Counted from the stretch's first letter, positions 24,831-38,043 are shown. The stretch is DNA of 64,000 nucleotides from Eledone cirrhosa (GCA_964016885.1 OZ024755.1:19716001-19780000); one strand, 5' to 3'. Numbers and translations: made by a program. The notes: generated from the letters alone by a model not told the origin.

Positions 24831-27800
24831 CATATAGCAGATATCTAAAAACTACTCTAGAAAAATCTGAACTCAGAACGCTGTGATATTTTGCTAAATA
24901 CTATAAGATATTTAGTATAGCACGTTGAGAGTTAAGTGTATTGGCTTGTGCAATGATTTCACAAATGAAGTATGATATTCCATGAAGACAGCATAAAAGG
25001 TATTGAATATCGAAAAACCCATCTGGGAAATCAAAGTATATTTTTCCATATAAAAGTAAAATTGATTTTTTTTTCATAGAAAGAATACTTTGATTAGTTT
25101 TTTAAATTTATAATTTCCAGGTAAACACACGTGTTTAATTCAATAATGGCACACTACTAGTCAGCCATTTGCTAATGACTCAGATTCCTGTGCCTCTTTA
25201 GGATCTATATTAACTAAGTTACATTCCTTCTACATGATAGTTTTATGAACACAAACGTGGATGCTAAACAAGAAATAAACCCAGCGTTCTGCTATTGGAG
25301 TAATAGTGTTTCAACACACATTAATAACTTGATGTTTTGGTGAATATGAATGCACATTTCATAAAACAAAGTAACATAAAATACATTATGCAGATATATT
25401 TTTGTTCAATAATCTATAAATTATTGTGGACACAATATTGTTAAAATAATATTATATAATTATCGTGGACACAATAAAAGTTGAATTTATTTAAACGTAT
25501 AAAATAAATAAATATTCATTGAAAATATATTGGGTAAGTTCATGATAATCAAGAAATATGGAAATATAACGTGCATAATGTAAACATCGACCATTAAAAC
25601 TATTAAACTATGAATGTCAGAAACTCATCTGGGAAATAATATTTTATTTTTCAATATAAAAGTAATTGACTGTTTCTTTTTAAATTATTAATTTTTGAAT
25701 TTATATTTTTTAAAGTGTTTAACTACAGGTGGTTTATCCAATAATAACTTTTCAAAACCCCACAAAAAAAACAGCAAAAACAAAAAAAAACATCAAAGAA
25801 ACGTTATAACATTCAAAGAAAATTGAAGGAAATAAATATATTTATTTCGAGATATTTATCTTTAAAAAAAGAAATGAAGAATAAAAGTCAGTTACCGACA
25901 CGTATTCTTTTTGGCAAATTATGAAGATAGTAATTTCTGACATAATCACAAGTTCATACACATTTTAGGAGGCGAGGTGGAGAAAATGAGTTAATATTAA
26001 TGCCTTTCCTATGATAATTAACAAAATAAATCGAACAGAGAATCTACATCGAGCAGAATATGTGGTTTAATTTAACAAAATATTATTGAAGAGAAAAGAG
26101 AAAAGATGTTCTGGATGGCAAAATTGCTAGAGCGCAAACTGAATCAACTATCTGTCGACTACAGTTATTTATCTATGTTCTGAGTTCAAATCCTACCAGA
26201 GTAGACTATGATTTTCATCGTCCTGAGGTACATAAAATCCATGCCAGGCTGTTATGTGTTTAACTTAATTGACTATCAATCTTGTACAAGACACTATTTA
26301 CTTCGACATTACGACAGAGTCCTTAATCAACACAACAGAGCAAACAAGACAAACCAAAGCAACAATCTATTAATGCTACACTTTTGTTTATTTATGAGTA
26401 ACTCAATGAAAATCTTCAGAAATCACAATGCCTCACAATTCCTGATGATATTCCTTTATGACGCCCCCAACTCATAAATATATAGTTGAAGAAATAACAC
26501 TAATACGGGGCTGCAGAAACACTAAGTCATGTTAGGATCACACTTACGAGGAAGTAGAGGAGGATTCGACCCAGACACCAAAAAATTATTAATATTTGTT
26601 TGTCGGGGTACAGAAATATAAAAGTACTCAGTACAAGTTGCTATTCAGACGTTGTTTTTGGCATATAGGTTAATTTATGTGAGATAAAGTAAAATACTTA
26701 ACCCTGAACCGGACACTCGTTTGGTCAGTCAACTGTACACGTCATTGGTTCAGAAAGTAATTGAATGATTCTGAGAATTGCAGGAAGTGTAGACAATTTG
26801 TATCATAATGGCTAAACTATTATCAAAAGACTTTGCTGTCTTTCATTCCAGAAACTAGTTCAGCTTAGAACAAAGGGATTTTATCACAAAACATTTCCTC
26901 TCGAATTTCTGCGAAGTCAATAGAACAATTACTACTACGTCGACTAAATTATAGCTAGAGAAGTTATAAACCCTAGTAAGAGTCTACATATTAAGTTTTT
27001 TTTTTAGTGTGTATGGAATGTATGTTTTAATTAAAGCTAATTACAAAGGTGTCTTAAAAAGTAAATATACTATCAGAAGAAAAAAAAAAAGAAATGCATT
27101 GGTGCTCATGAAACTGTCTTGTATCCCTGATTATAATTCTAAGCGGATAATTCAATTAAACAACGCCGAAAGGATAGTAATTTATCTTTCTTTTTTAACA
27201 AAATAAGTGCAGTGAGCTCTTAATGAAAATCAATAAAGTTTCAGTTAATAGTACAGTTTTTTTCAATTTTGTACTTCAACACTTGACTCCTCAGCTTCTG
27301 TTATCTTTGTTAGTAGTCTCCAATATAACTTTCATAAGAAAAAAAAAATCGTTCAGAAAAGACTAATCAAAGTAGATTGTAGATCAATTGTCGATCACTC
27401 GTCTAAAAGCTAGAGGGCAAAGATTATCCATTTTTCAGAATTTCTATCTTTTGTTGTTTACTTTCAAGTGTTTTGTCGATTCATTCTATATGCTCTAGAT
27501 TTTAGTCGGCTTCATTTTCTATTTCTTTTTCTTGGGTGGTCAATAAAATCTACGTGACACGGAAAGAAGCCTAGATTTCTCGCAGCACTTGAATACTATC
27601 AACATTTTTCTAGACATACAAACTTAAACATCACGAACAATATTTCAAATCTTTGTGTATATATACTTGCTCTCTTCCCAACAATATAACAAACCAATGT
27701 ACTCATAATGAATACAGCATGTCTAAATACTTGCTGACGAAGACGACAACAATATCTAGAAAAACAACAACAACAACAACAACGGTACATCAGAACTGCC

Positions 27801-27837
27801 GGATTGTATTTAATACAAAAAACATTTATTATCATTA

Positions 27838-28338
27838 TTGGCAGTATCATTAGAGGGTCGACGCCATGCTTTGCAGCATGGAGTTACAGGCCTTTACGTC
27901 TGAGTTCAAATCCCGCCGAGGTTATATATAAGAAACCATTATTATTTGGCAGTATTGGTAGAGGGTCAGACGCCATGCTTTGCAGCATAGAATTATAGCC
28001 CTTTACGGTGTAAGTTCAAATCCCGCCGAGGTTAACTTTGCCTTTTATCCTTGCGGGGTCGATAAAATAAAGTACCAGTAATGCACTGGAGTCGATTTAA
28101 TCGACTATCCTCTCCCTCCCCCCAAAAAAGAATTGATGGCCTATATAAGAAACCATTGGCAGTATCGTTAGAGGGTCGAACGCCATGCTTTGACGCATAG
28201 AGTTACGGCCCTTGCCATTCTGAGTTCAAATCCCGCTGAGGTTAACTTTGCCTTTCATCTTTACGGGTGTCGATGAAATAAAGTACCAGTAATGAACTGG
28301 ATAATTGCTGGCCTTGTGCCAAAAGTAGAAAGAATTAT
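27838..28338 (+). mobile_element. Cluster of three family A SINE copies or fragments
   Basis: Three TTGGCAGTAT...GTTCAAATCCCG heads; the first two end in TATATAAGAAACCATT. Confidence 0.9.
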
Positions 28339-28587
28339 TTGCAACGAAATATATTTTTCAGATGCTGATGGTTTTATCGAGATTCCGCTTCCATTATGAC
28401 AGTGTCAATCTGTCGATGAAAACGGCACATTTTTAATATTTAAACAAATCTTAAGATTTATTTCTGCAGAATATTAAAAATGTTATTATGAACTGCCGAT
28501 GATATGGAGTGTGATTAATGAATTTCTATACATTAGAAATGCAACATCAATTAGTTTGTATATGTGTTGAATGTTTCTGTGCAGTCA

Positions 28588-28588
28588 C

Positions 28589-28672
<84 letters not shown>

Positions 28673-28682
28673 TTGTATGTAA

Positions 28683-28717
<35 letters not shown>

Positions 28718-28960
28718 GTGTGGTGTGTGAGTGTGTGAGTGTGTGAGTGTGTATGGTGTATGAGTGTGTATGGTGTATGAGTGTGTATGGTGTATGAGTG
28801 TGTATGGTGTATGAGTGTATATGGTGTATGAGTGTGTGTGTGTGTGTGTCCATAAATTACTACAAGTACTTTAAATTGCACATGAACTTTATGGACACAC
28901 ACCCACTCACACACACACACACACACACACACTCTCTCTCTGTACATATATATATATATA
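28588..28960. repeat. (TG)n/(TA)n/(GTGTATGGTGTATGA)n/(CA)n compound repeat
   Basis: Direct reading. Confidence 0.9.
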
Positions 28961-29224
28961 ACTGTAGAGAGAAGCGTTCTACACATGCGCCCCCTATTTT
29001 GAATTCATATTCTAAAGAGTAAGTCATGCGGGATATTTTTGAAACTAATATATATATATATACACATTATATATATATATATACACATAAACACAGATGA
29101 TTGGCTCGAGATCTATATCGATATAATAGACCAGTATCGATCTGTTCGTCAGACTTGTGGACTCAATAAAAGATAATTTACACACATATATATAGAAATG
29201 AACCAATGTGATAATCTTCTATCC

Positions 29225-30103
29225 AGTCATACGTTCTGCTAGAAATAACAGCTTGGCCTCTCTCAAATCAACTCAATTGACTAAAAAAGACCAAAATTGT
29301 ATGACACATTCAATAATCTATAATGTATGACACGTTGAATAATCTATAATGTATGACACATTCAATAATCCATAATGTATGACACATTCAATAATCCATA
29401 ATGTATGATAATCCATAATGCATGACATTCAATAATCTATAATGTATGACATTCAATAATCTATAATGAATGACACATTCAATAATGTATAATGTATGAC
29501 ACATTCAATAATCTATAATGAATGACACGTTGAATAATCTATAATGTATGACACATTCAATAATCCATAATGTATGATAATCCATAATGCATGACATTCA
29601 ATAATCTATAATGTATGACATTCAATAATCTATAATGAATGACACATTCAATAATGTATAATGAATGACACATTCAATAATCTATAATGTATGACACATT
29701 CAATAATCTATGACACATTCAATAATCTATAATGTATGACACATTCAATAATCTATAATCTATAATGTATGACACATTCAATAATCTATGACACATTCAA
29801 TAATCTATAATGTATACACATTCAATAATCTATAATGTATGACATTCAATAATCTATAATGTATGACATTCAATAATCTATAATGAATGACACATTCAAT
29901 AATCTATAATGAATGACACATTCAATAATCTATAATGAATGACACATTCAATAATCTATAATGTATGACACATTCAATAATCTATAATGTATGACACGTT
30001 CAATAATCTATAATGTATGACATTCAATAATCAGCATGGAGATGGCTGGGATGTTGTTTGATTAGTTTTAACAATCATGGGTGTCCTGGTGGGAAACAAC
30101 AAC
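29225..30103 (+). mobile_element. Family I repeat split by an internal 24-26-bp satellite expansion (29297-30032)
   Basis: 5' part CTGCTAGAAATAACAGC..CTCTCAAATCA; satellite AATGTATGACACATTCAATAATCTAT; 3' part GATGGCTGGGATG..TTTGATTAG..GGAAACAACAAC. Confidence 0.75.
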
Positions 30104-30740
30104 TAGGCAGACAACATATTTAAATAAACTTACTTTTGCATTCATACATATATATTACATTGTTAAACAATAACAAAGGCATGCTTCCACACACTTTATT
30201 TCACGCTGCTCCTTCGACCTGGAGTTGCGACCGATAGATAGTATTAGCAATTGGAAAGACAAATGGAAACATTGTTTCCTCGGTCAGATTTGACGAAAGT
30301 CGATCGTATATTTCTATATATATAAGAGCGCATATATAAGAACTGACTCACGCACGCACTGACACACATATTTGCATAGACGTAGAGGCTCAGGCACGCA
30401 CACCCACGCAACCATGAACACCCACACATGTTTGCAGTCACACACACACACACACATATGCATACACACACACACACACCTAGACGTACAGATACACAAG
30501 TATAAACACATGCAGCCATAGAAAAACACAGACACAGATTCGGACTCACACACATACACATAAACGTGAATGTGAACGCACACGCACGCATGAACGCCCC
30601 CACAAGTACGCACTCACACATACGTCTAGACGTACAGACACACAAGTACGCATAGACGTGAAGACACGCATGGACACCCGCACACGTAAAGATGGACACA
30701 AGGATGCTCCCACACACACACAAATATATATATATATATA

Positions 30741-30747
30741 CATAGGC

Positions 30748-30790
<43 letters not shown>

Positions 30791-31039
30791 CATAGGCTTA
30801 CACACACACATATGGATAGGTTTACACACACACACACATATATACATAGGCTTACACACACACATATGGATAGGTTTACACACACATATATACATAGGCT
30901 TACACACATATGGATAGGTTTATACACACACACACACACACACATATACATAGGCTTACACGCACACATATGGATAGGTTTATACACGCACAAATATATA
31001 TATATATATACATAAGCTTACACACACATATACAGGCTT

Positions 31040-31070
<31 letters not shown>

Positions 31071-31196
31071 CACATAGGCTTACACACACATATACAGGCT
31101 TACACACACACACACACATATATATACATAGGCTTACACACACACATATGGATAGGTTTACACACACACACACATATATACATAGGCTTACACACA

Positions 31197-31239
<43 letters not shown>

Positions 31240-31240
31240 C
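30741..31240. repeat. Composite minisatellite CATAGGCTTA(CA)n TATGGATAGGTTTA(CA)n(TA)n
   Basis: Direct reading. Confidence 0.9.
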
Positions 31241-31584
31241 AAAAGAAACATTTAGAAAACTGAACGGCTGAAAGGTAATAAACTAGGCTTAGTCTGTATT
31301 TTGGTATGAATTATATTTGAAGATATTGTATATATTGTTATATGTTGTTGTTGTTGCATTTAGAATATAAGGTCAGATAACTCCATGGTGAACCTAAGAC
31401 AGAAAATCGATATTCTATTAGAAAAAAAAATAGTACTTTAATCATGCGTTGTAATGAAATGTATATATGCAGTATGAATGCAATTCTTCGATATACTTTG
31501 TGTAACTACGACAACAGCAATAAGCTAAAATTATTTGTGTGTTCAAGTTAAAAAGTAAAACCTCATAGAACACCCGTACACAAA

Positions 31585-31925
31585 CATATACATACATACA
31601 TACATACATACAAATACATACATACAAATACATACATACAAATACATACATACATACAAATACATACATACAAATACATACATACACATACATACATACA
31701 CATACATACATACAAATACATACATACAAATACATACATACAAATACATACATACAAATACATACATACAAATACATACATACAAATACATACATACATA
31801 CACATACATACAAATATACAAATACATACATACAAATACATACATACAAATTCATACATACAAATATATACATACATACATACATACATACATACATACA
31901 TACATACATACAGATACATACATAG
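31585..31925. repeat. (TACA)n / (ATACATACATACAA)n repeat
   Basis: Direct reading. Confidence 0.95.
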
Positions 31926-32361
31926 ATCCATGTTTAAAATTACTTTCTGAAGTTTTCATTTGAAGTAATCATCTAAAAATTCTTTCGAGTATCAATCTGT
32001 ATTTCAATCTCACATTTAATCCAGCGTCATCAGCAACACCAGCAGCTATCCTCTCATTCATCCATAGTTTCCACATTATCTATCTACCTATCATATATAC
32101 AAATAAATACAAATAAATTATCGAGAATCGGAACTTCGGCCCACGAAATAACGAAACCCAATCTTCGAAATGTGCGTCAAAGTGCTCAATGGTTCGGATA
32201 AACCAGAGCTATAACTAACGTTTAATACCAACACACTGAGACGATGCTTAAACAATCATTCGCACAGCCAAAAATACGACCAAGAAAATTCGGGTCAGAC
32301 AAATAAAAATATATATGAATGAAAGATGAAAAATGAAAATATATATATATATAGATATATA

Positions 32362-32603
32362 TCTATCTAAGGCGGGTAAAATTCCCGAGATCCATGGACG
32401 AGTTCTCTCCAGCGGTCTCTGTCCCTCATTATCGCTGCCATGTCCTGCATCTCCAACAGACCAGTGTCTGTCCTTAGGGCATCAACATACGTTAACCTTG
32501 GTCTTCCTCTTATAGCGTGTCCATGTAGGGACTCCCAAAGGAGTACTGAGTGCAATGTCAACTCTGGATGTCGGTGAGCATGTCCAGCTAACCTCAGTCT
32601 CCT
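32362..32603 (-). mobile_element. RTE-clade LINE 3' fragment (ORF C-terminus)
   Basis: Translates RRLRLAGHAHRHPELTLHSVLLWESLHGHAIRGRPRLTYVDALRTDTG...MRDRDRWRELV, the typical RTE C-terminal 'GH..R / GRP..TW/Y / DR..WR' pattern. Confidence 0.8.
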
Positions 32604-32730
32604 CTCTCTCTCTCTCTATATATATATAAATGAAAGGTATAGAAAATATTGTAGCAAAAAGCCAATATATATATATATATATATAGTGACGAAACATAAG
32701 TCAATTGCATGACCTCATAATCCTTTATTT

Positions 32731-32786
32731 ACTGCTATATATATTTCGATGATAGCCATTGAATGACTATGACCTCATCAGGCAGT
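32731..32786 (-). ncRNA. Minimal type-I hammerhead ribozyme (intact), family C-related, in TA-flanked element 32687-32850
   Basis: Minus strand: ACTGC-CTGATGA-ggtcATAGTCA ttcaa TGGCTATcatc-GAAA-T-ATAT-A-TA-GCAGT-aAATAAA. Confidence 0.85.
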
Positions 32787-32845
32787 TAGTCAGTTCTTAG
32801 ATATACCAGCTGTGTGTTTATAGTGTTGATGGTATCAGAGCCTTG

Positions 32846-32882
<37 letters not shown>

Positions 32883-32885
<3 letters not shown>

Positions 32886-33078
32886 CAAAGGAAGTGTGGT
32901 AAGGAACCAAATAGACCATAACGCACCAGAGTACTCAATATTAAGGGTAGTAGAGTGGGAAATAGGAAAAAGTATGACCCCTACGGCAGAGCTCAAGCCG
33001 TTTCGAAGGGTATTTCTGGTCCAGAAATAACCGTCGAAACGGCTTGAGCTCTGCCGTCGGGGTCAAACTTTTTCCTAT
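32883..33078 (-). mobile_element. Family B fold-back element, copy 4
   Basis: Tail plus ~58-bp-arm palindrome centred on TTCTGGTCCAGAA. Confidence 0.85.
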
Positions 33079-33098
33079 ATATATATATATATATATAT

Positions 33099-33173
33099 AG
33101 GATTGTAACATAAATTCCCGCCGTTGTTATAAAACTTGTTAATAAAAAACGGCAGGAATTTCTGTTACAACTC
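33099..33173. repeat. Imperfect inverted repeat between (TA)n tracts
   Basis: TTGTAACATAAATTCCCGCCGTT ... AACGGCAGGAATTTCTGTTACAA. Confidence 0.8.
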
Positions 33174-33201
33174 AATATATATATATATATATATATATAT
33201 A

Positions 33202-33393
33202 TGGGAGGGGGGTATACGCGGAACACATAGATAGCGAGAGAGAGAGAGAAGATGGCTTCCAATTTTCAAAAAGTTAAGGATAGGAATTATTTAGATATAT
33301 TGTATCATAGGAATTCCTATCCTTAACTTTTTGAAATTTTGAAGCCCGTCCCCCCTCTCTCTATCTGTTCCGCGAGTACCCTCGCCCACCCCA
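33202..33393. repeat. About 190-bp fold-back element between (TA)n tracts
   Basis: TTCAAAAAGTTAAGGATAGGAATT / AATTCCTATCCTTAACTTTTTGAA is perfect; outer GGGTATACGCGGAACA / TGTTCCGCGAGTACCC is imperfect. Confidence 0.8.
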
Positions 33394-33394
33394 A

Positions 33395-33445
<51 letters not shown>

Positions 33446-33511
33446 AAACGTAGACACAAATACACGTATAAATATATACACATATGCATATTATTTGTAT
33501 ACATGAATCCT

Positions 33512-34190
33512 AAGAGAAAGTGAGAGCGAGAGAGAGTTAGTAAGAAAGATAGATAGAGAGAGAGCGAGAGAGGGGAGAGAGTGGGTGAGAGTGAGAGTGA
33601 GAGAGAGTGTGTGAGTGAGAGAGAGTGTGTGAGTGAGAGAGAGTGTGTGAGTGAGAGAGAGTGTGTGAGTGAGAGAGAGTGTGTGAGTGAGAGAGAGTGA
33701 GAGAGAGTGTGTGAGAGCGAGTGTGTGAGAGAGTGGTTGTGAGAGAGAGTGGTTGTGAGAGAGTGTGTGTGAGAGAGAGTGTGTGAGTGAGAGTGTGTGA
33801 GTGAGAGAGAGTGTGTGAGTGAGAGAGAGTGTGTGAGTGAGAGAGAGTGGTTGTGAGAGAGAGAGAGTGGTTGTGAGAGAGTGGTTGTGAGAGAGAGAGA
33901 GTGGTTGTGAGAGAGAGTGGTTGTGAGAGAGAGTGGTTGTGAGAGAGAGTGGTTGTGAGAGAGAGTGGTTGTGAGAGAGAGTGGTTGTGAGAGAGAGTGG
34001 TTGTGAGAGAGAGTGGTTGTGAGAGAGAGAGAGAGCTAGAGAGAGTGAGAGCTAGAGAGAGTGAGAGCTAGAGAGAGTGAGAGCTAGAGAGAGTGAGAGC
34101 TAGAGAGAGTGAGAGCTAGAGAGAGTGAGAGTTAGAGAGAGTGAGAGCTAGAGAGAGTTACAGAGAGAAACCGATTGAGAGAGAGAGCAA
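33512..34190. repeat. GA/GT-rich compound minisatellites
   Basis: (GAGAGAGTGTGTGAGT)n, (GAGAGAGTGGTTGT)n, (GAGAGCTAGAGAGAGT)n. Confidence 0.95.
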
Positions 34191-34499
34191 GAAAGTGATA
34201 GAGTAATGAAGAAATGACCAAATGGAATATATATTCCTAGTTTTCCTCTTATTCTTGTTTATGTTTAGGAAATCCTGCAGTGAGCTAACAAAAGTGAATA
34301 ACAAATCAAAGAGATATTACGAAATGTTAAAGTTTCATAAAGTTTTTATTGGCAAACGATTTATTTCAACTGTAGTCGAAATAAGAGAAACGAAGATTAC
34401 ATTTATCATATATCAATTGGTATATGACAAATGTAATGTTTTATTTTTTTTCTCTTATTCCCATTGATTTGGATATCGTCTTTTTTAACCAATTACATC

Positions 34500-34551
<52 letters not shown>

Positions 34552-34645
34552 CTCCAGCACTACTGGTAACATGTAACTGTGCATGGTAGGGTCGTCGGTG
34601 ATATATATCAATAGATAGCTGGCGAGAGAGAGAGAGAGAGAGAGA

Positions 34646-34677
<32 letters not shown>

Positions 34678-34687
34678 CTTACACAAA

Positions 34688-34810
34688 GAGCTTCCGCAGT
34701 TTACCTCTACTAAATTTCACTCACAAGGCATTGCCGACCCCAAGGCCATTGATGGTTTATTTGAAACCACATGTTTGCGACGTGGACTCCTTAAACACAG
34801 GACATTGCCT
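34688..34810 (-). mobile_element. Degenerate tRNA-SINE of a further family
   Basis: CAGTTTACCTCTACTAAATTTCACTCACAAGGC...GAAACCACATG...CTTAAACACA; a related plus-strand fragment lies at about 56610-56715. Confidence 0.5.
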
Positions 34811-34818
34811 TGTTTGAG

Positions 34819-34850
<32 letters not shown>

Positions 34851-34854
<4 letters not shown>

Positions 34855-35192
34855 GTATAGGATTACCCAAGATGTAGTAATGGTTAATTACTACACTGGA
34901 TATGGTTGACGTACGGTGAGAGGTTACTCTACGAGTTATGGAAGAATTGTTGAAGAAACTTAGTTCCTGATCCTTCTGTATTCCGGAGTGTATATAAAGA
35001 ATGAATAATAACAGGTAGACATCATAAAAAGGTAATTTATTCCGTGTGCTTGCAAATGTTTCCACGGTGGTACTACAGCCTAGTTATGCTATGTGCAAAT
35101 TTACAAGTATTTGCAGAACTCAAATATCCAATGCTGTGACCACTGTATCCTCAGAGCAGAATGATGTCTACCTGTTATTATTCATTCTTTAT
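34851..35192 (-). mobile_element. Family F element with 35-bp terminal inversion and an extended-stem-II hammerhead (35047-35158)
   Basis: 34991-35025 is inverted at 35161-35195. Minus strand: TGCT-CTGAGGA-tacagtggt...accaccgtg-GAAA-catttg-ca-AGCA..AATAAA. Confidence 0.65.
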
Positions 35193-35208
35193 ATATATAT
35201 ATATATAT

Positions 35209-35288
35209 AATAAGATAGCTACATAAATGAGTTCGTTTGTGATATATATATATATCACAAACGAACTCATTTATGTAGCTATCTTATT
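35209..35288. repeat. Perfect 80-bp palindrome centred on (AT)7
   Basis: AATAAGATAGCTACATAAATGAGTTCGTTTGTG (AT)7 CACAAACGAACTCATTTATGTAGCTATCTTATT. Confidence 0.95.
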
Positions 35289-36124
35289 GCACATATATCA
35301 TTGCACAATTTAACATTGTCGAAATATATCCAGAACATATAATGTTATTCATTTAAACATGTTAAGTAAGTTTCAGATTTACAATTTCGTATAATTGTTC
35401 CAATATAACATTTAGGATTAATGTTAAAATAAGGAAATAAATTTATCGCTGGAAAACGAAACAATACTAATATCATAAAGTGAATATACTTCTGATATTA
35501 TGTTAAATGAAATGTTAAATCTTAGACACATCGCATAGAAATCAAATGATATAAGGCTTTCGTCTATTGATTCCTTAAACTGAAGTATTTAATGCAGCAT
35601 TAAATTAGATTACGCACATTCCGTCTGAAGTAATATGTAAGTGCTACTGTGTTTGTAAATCTCTGAGTAGTGATCTCGGGAGTCGTTAAATACGAAGCAA
35701 CGAATATATTGACTGCACATTTTTTTGTGAGCATGTACTCTCCTGTATGTGTTTTTTTTTGTTTTGGGTGTATGTGTGTGTAAGAGAGAGAGAGAACATT
35801 TTGTACAGCTGTCTGAAACAAATGAAAGCACGGAAGTGATGACAAAGAAAAAAACAACTGTAAATTATTACGAGCACATTTGATTTGTTTGTGGTGATTC
35901 AAATCAAAATGTTACAAATACTTGAAATTCGCTGTGGTTCTAAAAAAAAAAAAAAAATTCCATATTTTCTTTTTTTTATGAGATAGCAGAGCTGACACAT
36001 GTCACATCATACTGAAATATAGGCTACGCAGAGAGTGATTTTTACCAGAATCTAAAAATGTTATGGTAGTACATTCATAGATCCATGAAAGCTTAAGAAA
36101 TGCTTAGCTATCGAAAAAGCCTCA

Positions 36125-36301
36125 ACGGTGTTGCATGACCTTCTAGAAATAGCAACCAAATCTCTCACTGCTATTACTAAAACAATGATTTAAAAAAATA
36201 CATAGGAAAAAAATATAACAAATCTAATGGTCTGAAAGACGGGATGGTAGGATTATGTCTAGAATGTCTGATCATTCCATCTTGACCTGAGGTAAACAAC
36301 A
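36125..36301 (+). mobile_element. Family I repeat
   Basis: TGACCTTCTAGAAATAGCAACCAAATCT...GACGGGATGGT...TGACCTGAGGTAAACAAC. Confidence 0.7.
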
Positions 36302-36814
36302 TGAAATATAAAATAAGTTAAAATAAACAAAATATTATAACAAATACAATAAAGTCTAAGGAAACTTAGTGGAGTGGAGATGTATTATATATTTTGGGGT
36401 AGTGTGAGGCTAGTAGTATGGGAAAGGCGTAAATAAAGGAAGCCTGTTGTTTAGACACTATTTAAATTTAGAAGTAGCCATATTACTTTGCGTGTCAGAT
36501 GGATTGATGTGTTCGTGTTTGCATGTGTTTATGTATTAAGATGTGAAAAGATATCAAAAGATGTAACCAAAGTGTGTTATTAGACAAGGGCTTATAGTTT
36601 CTGGGAAGGTCAAGGTAAAAAAAAAAAAGATGAAGAAATGAAATTTCAATGTAAAATATAAATTATGAAAAATACAGAAAATGAATAACAAAACATTTTG
36701 AAAAAAAAATATAAATCGAAAAATAAAATTATATTTTAGAATGAGTGAGGTAGTAAATAGAGGTGTCGGTATTAAGTCCTGATTTATATTATTCATCATA
36801 AATGTCTGTGGTAA

Positions 36815-37415
36815 TAATTGTTTCTACTTTTGGCACAAGACCAGAAATTACCCCAGTACATTACTGGTACTTTTTCTTATCGGACCCGTAAGGATGAAAG
36901 GCAAAGTTAACCTCGGCGGGATTTGAACTCAGACCGTAAAGAAACGTAACAGTTTCTTATATAGGCACAAGACCAGCAGTTTGAGGGGAGATGAAAGTCA
37001 ATTAAATCGACCGCAGGGCATTACTGGTACTTTATTTTATCGATCACGTAAGGATGAAAGGCAATGCTAACCCCGGCGGGATTTGAACTCAGAACGTAAA
37101 GGGCCATAACTATGCTGCAAAGCATGTTGTCCAACGCTCTAACGATTCAGAATATAAAGAGACGTAACTATGTGCAGCAAGGTATGTTGTCCGACCCGCT
37201 GCCAATCCTCATAATCTGCGGTAATAATTGTTTCTACGTTAGGCACAAGGCCAGCAATTACCCAGTGTATTACTGGTACTTTATTTTATCGACCCCGTAA
37301 GGATGAAAGGCAAAGTTAACCTCTTGCTGATTTAGGTATAAGACCAACACATTTTGGAGGAGGGGTAAGTCGATTAAATCAACCCCTGTGCGTTATCAGT
37401 ACTTTATTACATTGA
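36815..37415 (-). mobile_element. Cluster of four family A SINE copies or fragments (short and long alternating)
   Basis: Repeated core motifs. Confidence 0.85.
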
Positions 37416-37597
37416 CCAAAACTATAACATTCTAAATAATAATCAAACCCAGTCCCATTAAACCTTCAATCGTTTCACATTCGAACAACGTTTACCAACC
37501 CAACCACTCTCCAGATAAAAACTGCACGCGTGGATGAGTGTGTATGTGTTTCGTTGAAAACTATATATATATATATGAATATATATATATATATATA

Positions 37598-37785
37598 TAA
37601 TTGTTTCTACTTTAGGCACAAGGCCAGCAATTACCTAGTGCATTACTGGTACTTTATTTTATCGACCCCGTAAGGATGAAAGGCAAAGTCGACCTCGGCG
37701 GGATTTGAACTCAGATCGTAAAGGGACGTAACTATGCTGGAAAGCATGGCGCCCGACCCTCTACCGATACTGCCAATCCACCGCC
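37598..37785 (-). mobile_element. Family A SINE, young full-length copy
   Basis: Near-consensus; flanked by (TA)n. Confidence 0.9.
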
Positions 37786-37787
37786 AT

Positions 37788-37964
<177 letters not shown>

Positions 37965-37986
37965 TTAAAATTTGGCTTCGATTATA

Positions 37987-38043
37987 ACTGCTATATATAT
38001 TTTTCGGTGGTAGCCATCTTTGGCTGTGACCTCTTCAGGCAGT
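37987..38043 (-). ncRNA. Hammerhead ribozyme (inverted arm of family C copy 2)
   Basis: Minus strand: ACTGC-CTGAAGA-ggtcacagcca aaga tggctaccacc-GAAAaa-tatata-TA-GCAGT. Confidence 0.7.
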
